Of a stretch of DNA of 33,520 nucleotides, positions 26,835 through 33,520 are shown in pieces. Origin of the DNA: a virus. Lineage: Duplodnaviria > Caudoviricetes. The stretch covers positions 1 to 33,520 of IMG/VR virus record IMGVR_UViG_3300031524_000047, one strand, 5' to 3'. The position numbers and the translations under genes are program-made. The notes under the pieces are model-generated. The model ran no database searches, had not been told where the DNA came from, and saw nothing but the letters and a program-made list of their open reading frames with translations. Each line of letters opens with the position of its first letter. Within the stretch, counting starts at the first letter, position 1.

Positions 26835-27755
26835 ATGCCCGTTGCATTATCAGTACAAACCGGAACTTGGACTGTCGGTCTAGCCGGCACGTTGCCGGCA
26901 TTGAGTTCCGGCACTAATGCGATCGGATCGGTCACCGTCACGTCTATTCCAGCAGTTACCCAGTCAGGAACTTGGACTGTCGGTCTGGCCGGCACGTTGC
27001 CGGCATTCGCCTCGCCGCCCGCTGTCGTGCAGTCCGGCGCTTGGACAGTCGGTCTCACTTCGCTACCGGCATTAAGTTCCGGTACTAATGCGATCGGTTC
27101 TGTCACTGTCACGTCTATTCCAGCAGTTACCCAGTCCGGCGCTTGGACAGTCGGTCTCACTTCGCTACCGGCATTAAGTTCCGGTACTAATGCGATCGGT
27201 TCTGTCACTGTCACGTCTATTCCAGCAGTTACCCAGTCAGGAACTTGGAATATTGGTTCAATAACAACGCTGCCGGCATTACCAACCGGCTCAAATATCA
27301 TCGGAGCAGCTACAGCGAGTTATACTGGACTGTCATTAACCCCTGCTGTAACCGCAGTAGCACATGCAACTAATACTACGATCGGAAGTTTACTAGCGCT
27401 TGCAACAACGTTAACGTCAGGTTTGATTCAAAGCGTTGTGTGTTCGTTTAACTCTGGTATTATACCGACGCTTGACATTATATTTTTCAGAGCATCACCG
27501 ACATCAACAACAGTAACAGATGCTTCTGCTGTTGCAGTTAACGTTGCAGACGTTGCGAAAATCATAGGCATTATGCATTTAACGGATGCATCATTGGTCG
27601 GTGCTTCATCGCCGTCTATAGTCCAAGCGCAATCACAAGGACTGGAATTTGCTGGACTCTCTGGTAATATCTATGCGATCATAGTTAATCGCGGCGCATC
27701 TGTAACGCTCGGATCAACGACTGATCTTAATATCTATATCAATATCGTGCAATAA
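26835..27755 (+). CDS. Repeat-containing structural (fibre/decoration) protein
   Basis: QSG.WTVGL..LPALSSGTNAIGSVTV repeats followed by a beta-rich C-terminal domain. Confidence 0.7.
   Translation: MPVALSVQTGTWTVGLAGTLPALSSGTNAIGSVTVTSIPAVTQSGTWTVGLAGTLPAFASPPAVVQSGAWTVGLTSLPALSSGTNAIGSVTVTSIPAVTQSGAWTVGLTSLPALSSGTNAIGSVTVTSIPAVTQSGTWNIGSITTLPALPTGSNIIGAATASYTGLSLTPAVTAVAHATNTTIGSLLALATTLTSGLIQSVVCSFNSGIIPTLDIIFFRASPTSTTVTDASAVAVNVADVAKIIGIMHLTDASLVGASSPSIVQAQSQGLEFAGLSGNIYAIIVNRGASVTLGSTTDLNIYINIVQ
26855..27250 (+). repeat. Intragenic tandem repeats; two perfect 102-bp units (27030-27233) plus degenerate/partial units
   Basis: Identical sequence starts at 27030 and 27132, partial restart at 27234. 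Confidence 0.9.
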
Positions 27756-28990
27756 TGCTGCAACAACGGACAAATAGGCCGCGCCCAGTTTTGGATTTTA
27801 ATCCGGTTGCAGGAACATACAAAGTCGGGTTTAATGGATTGTTACAGTCAATACCGTTAAGTAGTCTAGTTACGTTCACAAGAGCCTCCGGATCATCGGT
27901 TTATAACTCCGCTGGTATATTAACAAATATTACAACAAACGTTCCGGCATTAGATTATAGTCCTGCAACACTTGCTCCACAGGGTCTTGCGATATTTGGA
28001 CAAGCTGTTAATCTCTGTTTGCAGTCAGGGAATATACAACAGTCGGCAGGGTGGCAATGCTCCTGCACAAGTGCTGTTGTCGGTGCAACGGCTCCGGATG
28101 GCACATCAACGGCTACCACAATTACAATAGACGGTTCCACAGATGCAGTTTATCCAACGACGCCAATTACTGTTGTTGCATCGACTGTTTATAATTTCTC
28201 GTTTTTTGCCGAACTCGGAACGATGCTACAATCTGAGTTTACGTTTGCTGTTTACGATGCTACAAACTCCGCATTTATAACGTCAACAGCAACTGCAACG
28301 TTGACGACAACAGGCTGGACTAGAGTAAACTATACTTTCACAACACCAACCGGATGTGTATCGGTCCGGCCTTACGTTTATCGTAGCACTGGTGTTTCCG
28401 GTCATACTCTGATAGTGTGGGGTGCACAGCTTACCGCAAGTGCAACGGTCTTTCCGTATATCCCAACTACAACAACATCAGTAACACGTGCGGTCGATGT
28501 AGTAAATCTCAATAGTAGTTTTTTTCCGACACTTGGTAAAACCGGTATGACTTTCTTTGCTGACGTAATTTGGCAACAACCTGCCGCCAACCAAGGGCAA
28601 GGCTATATTTTCGAAGTTGATGACGGTACATATAATAATCGCTGCTATTCCGTTTTAACCGGTATGTCAAATACGTGGGTAATTATTTCTAACGCTACAC
28701 TCATCGGCTACGCTAATCCTAGCACAAACTATACCCCTGGTGTTCCGATACGATTTGGAGAGTCGTGTAATAATGGTAGTTATGCTGCTGCTACCAACGG
28801 TCTAACAAGCGTCGGACCGAATGCGGTGACTGGTAAGCTTCCGTTGATGAATCAAATGCATTTTGGCTCCTCAAATACCACTGGGAATGCACCGCTTAAT
28901 GGTTGGTTGCGGCGTCTAGTCGCATATTCATATGCAATGCCTCTACAACAACTAAAGTTTTTATCAACCCCAGGATCGGTATTACCATGA
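27755..28990 (+). CDS. Head-spike/fibre-like protein with carbohydrate-binding and LamG-like domains
   Basis: TFTRAS......G, GL.I.....NL, WTR....FT, WGAQL, YIPTT...VTR..D, LNG.LR.L..Y. Confidence 0.72.
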   Translation: MLQQRTNRPRPVLDFNPVAGTYKVGFNGLLQSIPLSSLVTFTRASGSSVYNSAGILTNITTNVPALDYSPATLAPQGLAIFGQAVNLCLQSGNIQQSAGWQCSCTSAVVGATAPDGTSTATTITIDGSTDAVYPTTPITVVASTVYNFSFFAELGTMLQSEFTFAVYDATNSAFITSTATATLTTTGWTRVNYTFTTPTGCVSVRPYVYRSTGVSGHTLIVWGAQLTASATVFPYIPTTTTSVTRAVDVVNLNSSFFPTLGKTGMTFFADVIWQQPAANQGQGYIFEVDDGTYNNRCYSVLTGMSNTWVIISNATLIGYANPSTNYTPGVPIRFGESCNNGSYAAATNGLTSVGPNAVTGKLPLMNQMHFGSSNTTGNAPLNGWLRRLVAYSYAMPLQQLKFLSTPGSVLP

Positions 28991-29343
28991 CACCCGATGG
29001 CTACTACGATTACCTGTACGAGACAACAAATCTCGTGCTCGCATCAACTGTTGTCGAAGCATTACAAGACTCGGCGCATCTAGCAAATATGCTCGGCAAT
29101 CTGATTTCTCTTGATACAACAGTTGTCGTCAGAGGTTCACCGGGGATAGCTGCATATTCGTACACTGATCCCGAGGCGGGATCAGTTATCACCGTTCCTG
29201 CGGTTGGTGATCCAGCAATTTTGTATTTCACCGTGCGCACAACCGTTCCGCCCGAAGATTTAGGGTTCGATCCGTGCGACTACGGTTTGGTTCCAAGTGA
29301 TCCTTTAGTTAACAATGCCGTACTTGGAGTGTGGGCGTGGTAA
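28987..29343 (+). CDS. Hypothetical protein (possible fibre chaperone)
   Basis: ATGA overlap with the upstream stop; 118 aa. Confidence 0.65.
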   Translation: MTPDGYYDYLYETTNLVLASTVVEALQDSAHLANMLGNLISLDTTVVVRGSPGIAAYSYTDPEAGSVITVPAVGDPAILYFTVRTTVPPEDLGFDPCDYGLVPSDPLVNNAVLGVWAW

Positions 29344-29472
29344 CACAACAATCTACTGATCAACTTGTTGCATTCACTGAGTATCGCGCCGCGAAAATCA
29401 TGATTGAAGATTTGTTGCGAAAAATGAACGAAATTACTCTGCGATTATCTAATACTGCACCGGAAAAAACAA

Positions 29473-29796
29473 ATGGACTCATTAATAATCACGCTCGCAA
29501 ATAGCGTTCTAACGACGTCAGGTGCAGTCGGCGCATCGTTGATTTTTGTAATAGTTGTACTGATCGCTTGTGTCAAATATCTGATCAGCAGACTAACTGC
29601 CGCCGAAAAAATAAACGCCGAAAAATGTGCTGCGTGTAACGCGTGTAGGCGGGAGATGTCAGAGCAAATCACCAGTGCTCAAACTCGCGTTGGCGAAATG
29701 CAACACGCATTGACAGATCATACCGGGGATTTTGCGCAAACGTTGATACGGATCGCCAACACATTTTCCGAATTACTCGCTAAAATTCAGAAATAA
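29473..29796 (+). CDS. Single-TM membrane protein, holin-like
   Basis: Hydrophobic GAVGASLIFVIVVLIACV followed by coiled coil; start of lysis region. Confidence 0.55.
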   Translation: MDSLIITLANSVLTTSGAVGASLIFVIVVLIACVKYLISRLTAAEKINAEKCAACNACRREMSEQITSAQTRVGEMQHALTDHTGDFAQTLIRIANTFSELLAKIQK

Positions 29797-29804
29797 GTTC
29801 AATA

Positions 29805-29827
29805 GTTCCAATGCTCATAGGCTATAT
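29805..29827 (+). promoter_or_regulatory. Putative phage late promoter (before lysis genes)
   Basis: GTTCCAAT-GCTCATAGG-CTATAT in intergenic gap. Confidence 0.65.
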
Positions 29828-29846
29828 AAGCATAGGGAAAAACATA

Positions 29847-30050
29847 ATGAGCAACAATTCAGATTACCTATTCAGCGCACATACACCAACAGATGATACT
29901 ACAATAGTCATTGATGCAGATGATACAACGTGTGTTGTGATCGTCGGTGACCAGCATATCCGAATCCCATTGGATCAGTATCACGCTGTTGTTTCTAAAC
30001 TGAGTGAGATTGATAATCTGTTATACACGGCGGGAATCCTTTCAGAATGA
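29847..30050 (+). CDS. Small acidic hypothetical protein
   Basis: ATG 29847 after AGGGA; ATGA overlap with the next gene. Confidence 0.55.
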   Translation: MSNNSDYLFSAHTPTDDTTIVIDADDTTCVVIVGDQHIRIPLDQYHAVVSKLSEIDNLLYTAGILSE

Positions 30051-30364
30051 TCACAGTAGCATCCTTTATCATGAGCGTTGGCACCGGAATCCTCGCTGGC
30101 ATTCCCGCTACAATCGCACTAACCCCGTCTGTCAAACGTCTTGTAACACAAGCGTCTGTATCAGCGTCTGTTATAGAGCATCGTGCATCAGCGTCTGTAG
30201 CAGCGTCTGTAGAAAATGTTCACAAAATGTTTGGTGAGGATTATTCAGCACTTGAAACTCGCATCGAAGCGTTAGAAAAAAGCATCGGAAAAAACGTTGA
30301 TCTAAGCGATTTTGAAAAACGTTTGAAAGAATGCGAGAAAAATATTAGCCCTTTTGTACGCTAA
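30047..30364 (+). CDS. N-terminal hydrophobic segment plus coiled-coil protein
   Basis: Hydrophobic N-terminus; LETRIEALEK heptads. Confidence 0.6.
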   Translation: MITVASFIMSVGTGILAGIPATIALTPSVKRLVTQASVSASVIEHRASASVAASVENVHKMFGEDYSALETRIEALEKSIGKNVDLSDFEKRLKECEKNISPFVR

Positions 30365-30375
30365 GGAAAAACAAT

Positions 30376-30924
30376 ATGCTAGCATTGATTCCAATATTAG
30401 CCGGATTGATTCCTGATGTCGTCAAATGGATTGCCGGCGACCATGCCGGGACTGTTGCAACAGCAGTCACTGATACTGTCGGGAAAGTTGTTGGAAGTGT
30501 TGATCCGACCGTGGTTACGCAATTTATTGCCGATCCGCAGAAAGCTGCCGAGTTGCAACTCGCATTGGCAAAAATCGGTGCTGATCGTGAAGCCGGGCAA
30601 CGTGCCGATGATCTCGCGACATTGCAGGCAACGTTATCAGATAATGCTAGTGCTAGAAATCGCGAAATCCAGTTGCGAGATTGGATGCCGGGTATTCTTG
30701 CAGTTGGGACTACATTAGGATTTTTCGGATTATTGTCGGTATTTGCTTTTGTCATTATTCCCGTTGCCAATGCATCGGTTCTTAATATTCTGATTGGATC
30801 GCTGGCCAGTGGCTTCGGTTGCGTCCTGCAATACTATTTCGGTAGCAGTGTCGGTCAGCAGCGGTCAACGGAGTTGTTACACAATAGTATTCCAGTCGAT
30901 TCAGTAGATTCGAAAAAAAAGTGA
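30376..30924 (+). CDS. Putative holin-like membrane protein
   Basis: D..SAR.RE motif, two C-terminal TMs, YYFGSS. Confidence 0.72.
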   Translation: MLALIPILAGLIPDVVKWIAGDHAGTVATAVTDTVGKVVGSVDPTVVTQFIADPQKAAELQLALAKIGADREAGQRADDLATLQATLSDNASARNREIQLRDWMPGILAVGTTLGFFGLLSVFAFVIIPVANASVLNILIGSLASGFGCVLQYYFGSSVGQQRSTELLHNSIPVDSVDSKKK

Positions 30925-31457
30925 ATCAGAAAATGACAATGACAGCAATGGCCGAACAAGATATTTTCGACACGTGTTACAACTTTACTGCAAAATGCGA
31001 AGGCGGTTGGTCAAACAACGCTTGTGATCACGGTGGCGCAACTAATCGCGGAATCACTTTAGCGGTGTGGCGCGCTTATAATCATGATCAAACGTTGACA
31101 GCAGACGATCTCAGTAACGCTACTGAAGACGATGCTAAAGCGATTTATGCTAAAAACTATTACAACTATTTTGTAGCGTTGCCGGCAGCATTACGTTTGA
31201 GCGTAGTTGATATGTCGTTTAATTCCGGGGTAACACGGGCAGCAGAATTGTTGCAACGGACCGTTGGTACAAAACCCGACGGACAAATCGGTGCGGTGAC
31301 TTTAGCGGCTATTGCAAAACATGATGCGAAATTGTTAGTCAATAGTTACGCTGCAATATGCAAAGCATTCTATATTTCACTGGATCAACCTGTGTTTATA
31401 AACGGTTGGGAAAATCGTTGTGAAAATAGACGCAAAGCATCGCTGGCACTATGTTAG
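30921..31457 (+). CDS. Endolysin, glycoside hydrolase family 108 with PG-binding domain
   Basis: EGG.SN...D.GG.TN.GIT, IY...Y, D...NSG, LQ..VG...DG.IG..TL, F..GW.NR. Confidence 0.92.
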   Translation: MNQKMTMTAMAEQDIFDTCYNFTAKCEGGWSNNACDHGGATNRGITLAVWRAYNHDQTLTADDLSNATEDDAKAIYAKNYYNYFVALPAALRLSVVDMSFNSGVTRAAELLQRTVGTKPDGQIGAVTLAAIAKHDAKLLVNSYAAICKAFYISLDQPVFINGWENRCENRRKASLALC

Positions 31458-31503
31458 TATGATTCTGTAGGTTTCGTAGGAATCTGATAGACGACGATGA
31501 ATA

Positions 31504-31538
31504 AAATAGTAGCCGGGATATCCCGGCTATTAATTTTT
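31504..31538. terminator. Bidirectional intrinsic terminator
   Basis: Palindrome TAGCCGGGATATCCCGGCTA flanked by A-rich and T-rich tracts, between convergent genes. Confidence 0.8.
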
Positions 31539-31542
31539 GTTT

Positions 31543-32262
31543 TTAACGATAACCTTTAGTGTTTAGAACGGCTTCACAAGCGGCTTTACCAACGGCGTTC
31601 CATCGAAACTGCGGAACAAGTTTTCCACCGTTGGTTGAAGTAGTATATGTTTCTTCACCGTGAGCAGAAGTCTTCAGATGCTTACAATGCTTTCCGGCAA
31701 CTGTTGCGGACAGATTAGAGTATTGCTTTACAATATCCGACATCTGATAGCTATGTTGCACCGTTGGTGCTGGAATAGTAACACCAACCTCGCTTAGAAT
31801 ATTTGAGGCAATCGCTAGTTTGGCATTTTCAGATAGCGACGGAAGCGCATCGTAGAGTATTGAAATTAGATCGCGGGCGACGGTTAGGTTACCTGACGAT
31901 TGTGCAGCAGCAGCTACGCCAGCCGTAGTTGCATTCGGTGTGACGTAGGCACCATGTTTACGGATAGACGGTAAAACCGTTTCCACCAACCACACCTCGA
32001 ACGCTTCGGCGGCGGGAAGGTTGGAACGGAGAATAAGACGGTAGACATCTGATTCGGGGATCAGTTTGGTCTGAGATTGTAGGGGCGGTGAAACGCCGCC
32101 CCCAACATCTTGTGCTCGCTTGCAGTGTCTTGCTACTGCATCTACTGTGTCTTTATATCCCAGGATCGTTGCAACGTCCTTCGCTACAAACAGCGGTTCA
32201 CCATTACGCTCAACAATACGAACGGTGTTGGTATCAAAATCAAAAACGGTAATGTTACTCAT
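31543..32262 (-). CDS. BRO-N domain antirepressor-like protein
   Basis: F.F....VR.....GEP.FVAKDVA..LGY, IPESDVYRLI.RS.LP.AE.FE.W....VLPSIRK.G.Y. Confidence 0.9.
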   Translation of the reverse strand: MSNITVFDFDTNTVRIVERNGEPLFVAKDVATILGYKDTVDAVARHCKRAQDVGGGVSPPLQSQTKLIPESDVYRLILRSNLPAAEAFEVWLVETVLPSIRKHGAYVTPNATTAGVAAAAQSSGNLTVARDLISILYDALPSLSENAKLAIASNILSEVGVTIPAPTVQHSYQMSDIVKQYSNLSATVAGKHCKHLKTSAHGEETYTTSTNGGKLVPQFRWNAVGKAACEAVLNTKGYR

Positions 32263-32289
32263 TTTCCTAATAACTCCAATGTAATAGTT

Positions 32290-32334
32290 AAAAAAATAGT
32301 CTCGCAAAGTGGTTCCAGCACCTTACGAGACTAT
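32290..32334 (-). terminator. Intrinsic terminator in the BRO leader (hairpin B)
   Basis: Minus strand UAGUCUCGUAAGGUG-CUGGAAC-CACUUUGCGAGACUA-U7; its two non-Watson-Crick pairs are G-U only on this strand. Confidence 0.82.
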
Positions 32335-32355
32335 CGACTATTTTCAACATTGGAA
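32290..32355 (-). ncRNA. Predicted ~65-nt small RNA (promoter to terminator)
   Basis: Consensus promoter immediately followed by a terminator, no ORF; inferred, not matched to a known family. Confidence 0.55.
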
Positions 32356-32360
32356 GGCGT

Positions 32361-32390
32361 ATTATAACTGTTGCGCCGGTATGTTGTCAA
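32361..32390 (-). promoter_or_regulatory. Consensus sigma70 promoter
   Basis: Minus strand TTGACA-N18-TATAAT. Confidence 0.8.
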
Positions 32391-32403
32391 AATCTATTTC
32401 GAT

Positions 32404-32436
32404 TGTCTTCTGAATGCTGGAACCATTCACGAGACA
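32404..32436. other. Hairpin A, loop complementary to hairpin B loop
   Basis: TGTCT-tc-TGAATG-CTGGAAC-CATTCA-cg-AGACA. Confidence 0.7.
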
Positions 32437-32471
32437 GATTCTAACGCAACAACGCCTCGGTTTGCAATATT

Positions 32472-32969
32472 TTATATTCCTTCCGCAACTTTTCGGATCA
32501 ACTCCTGACGGACGGCTTCTGCTAGTTCTTCGCGTTCTTCATCAGATGATTTTCGCCCGAGTAGTTCTTGGACTGCCCATTGCACAATCCTGCCGCGCAA
32601 ATCCGATTGCGGAGTCTGTATCGGGAGTCCTTGCTGCATCGTCGGCGCTGACGTTCTCGGCTGACGGTGTTGCACAGTTTCCGGACCATCTTCTTTCCGG
32701 AATCTGGCGTATAATGCCCCCGGTGTGATGCCGAACTCCGATGCGAGCGTTTGGATGGATTTGACATCACGTTGAGCGATGATAGATACCCACTGCTCCT
32801 CGGACAATCTTCTGCGACGATCGGGTGGCGGTTGCGCGAATGATGGGGCAGGGGGTTGCACAGACGGTTCCTGGGCAACGCTTGGTTGATCATCTGGTTT
32901 ATCGTCGGGAGCAGGATCGTGCACAAGTTCCCCGGGCGGTAGATAACGGTTTTTCGGCGGCCTACCCAC
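32472..32969 (-). CDS. HTH DNA-binding protein next to att
   Basis: GTG 32969 after GGAGA; GRPPK motif, Pro-rich linker, LSEEQ...SIQTLASEFGITPGALYARF HTH. Confidence 0.65.
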   Translation of the reverse strand: MGRPPKNRYLPPGELVHDPAPDDKPDDQPSVAQEPSVQPPAPSFAQPPPDRRRRLSEEQWVSIIAQRDVKSIQTLASEFGITPGALYARFRKEDGPETVQHRQPRTSAPTMQQGLPIQTPQSDLRGRIVQWAVQELLGRKSSDEEREELAEAVRQELIRKVAEGI

Positions 32970-33142
32970 TGTGATGTTCTCCAAAATTTGTTCAAAAGCG
33001 TTGATCAAATAGCGTCTCAACAGGAGTCTGATGACATTCCTGGGGATCATGGCTGATATGATGATAAAGCATTGGTGATAATGGCTTTGCCCATGATCGA
33101 AACGATTCTGTGATCATGATGGGCAAATCCATCGGTAGTGAT

Positions 33143-33162
33143 ATCGAAACTGTTTCTCCAAA
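33143..33162. other. Probable prophage right attachment junction
   Basis: Host reading frame begins at TTC 33154, in-frame TGA at 33139; GAAAC-T-GTTTC dyad across the junction; sharp GC shift. Confidence 0.65.
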
Positions 33163-33520
33163 TACTTCAGCATGACCGGCTGGCGCGTCGGCTGGCTGAT
33201 CCTGCCCGAGGACCTGGTGCGCCCGGTGGAGTGCCTGGCGCAAAACCTGTTCATCAGCGCCCCGCACATCTCCCAGATCGCCGCCGAGGCGGCGTTCGAC
33301 TGCCACGACGAACTGCAGGCCAACGTGGCGCGCTACCGCCGCTCCCGCGAGCACCTGCTGCGCGCGCTGCCGGAAGCGGGGTTCGATCGCCTCAGCCCGG
33401 CGGAGGGCGCGTTCTACCTGTTCGCCGACATCGCCGAGCGCTCCAACGACAGCGTCGCCTTCTGCGCCCGCATGCTGGCGGAACTGGGCGTGGCTGCGAC
33501 GCCGGGCGTGGATTTCGACC
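33154..33520 (+). pseudogene. 3' portion of host PLP-dependent aminotransferase class I/II, interrupted by the prophage; runs off the window
   Basis: FSKYFSMTGWRVGWLILP...NLFISAP..SQ.AA...EGAFYLFAD...GVAATPGVDF; GC-rich third positions; no 5' half upstream. Confidence 0.85.

Larger units (their letters stand above)
1..33153. mobile_element. Prophage (right part): temperate myovirus with HK97-type head and Mu-like contractile tail
   Basis: Contiguous terminase-portal-protease-capsid-sheath-tube-baseplate-fibre-lysis order; abrupt switch to very GC-rich host coding sequence at ~33154; left end lies outside the window. Confidence 0.93.

Noticed and set aside
26855-27250. CRISPR-like array
   Set aside because: Repeats are contiguous, in frame and lack unique spacers; no cas genes
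4052-29827. Recurring motif as an alphaproteobacterial LexA box (GTTC-N7-GTTC), ECF promoter (GGAAC-N16/17-CGTT on the minus strand) or sigma54 site
   Set aside because: The second GTTC, the CGTT element and TGGCAC/TTGC are absent at the required spacing in the copies checked
32992-33354. Minus-strand ORFs crossing the att junction, and the many other antisense/overlapping ORFs in the track
   Set aside because: Shadows of real genes on the opposite strand or frame; no RBS or recognisable motifs

Overview
Right-hand ~33 kb of a temperate, contractile-tailed prophage, followed by about 370 bp of much more GC-rich host DNA. The host DNA is the 3' half of a PLP-dependent class I/II aminotransferase, cut just before its catalytic-lysine motif. 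Gene order: 3' part of an AEP-type primase, small early/accessory genes (including a Myb/SANT-like protein, endonuclease VII and an HNH), a DUF6456-like HTH gene, a T4 gp55-like sigma factor, an HK97-type cos packaging/head module, a GIY-YIG homing endonuclease, a Mu-like sheath/tube/baseplate module, several fibre/spike genes, a lysis cassette (GH108 endolysin), a BRO-N antirepressor-like gene and an HTH gene next to the att junction. Main observations: (1) a recurring bipartite motif GTTCCA-N10/11-(C/G)TATAT in 8 plus-strand copies, mostly at operon starts and three times exactly 5 nt before an ATG, probably the promoter of the phage gp55-like sigma; (2) a consensus sigma70 promoter, a short terminated RNA and a pair of complementary-loop hairpins in front of the BRO gene, where the RNA is also complementary to that motif; (3) integration splitting a host aminotransferase; (4) a frameshifted tape-measure gene and tandem slippery sites in the tail chaperone. 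All family assignments come from motif recognition by eye, not database searches.
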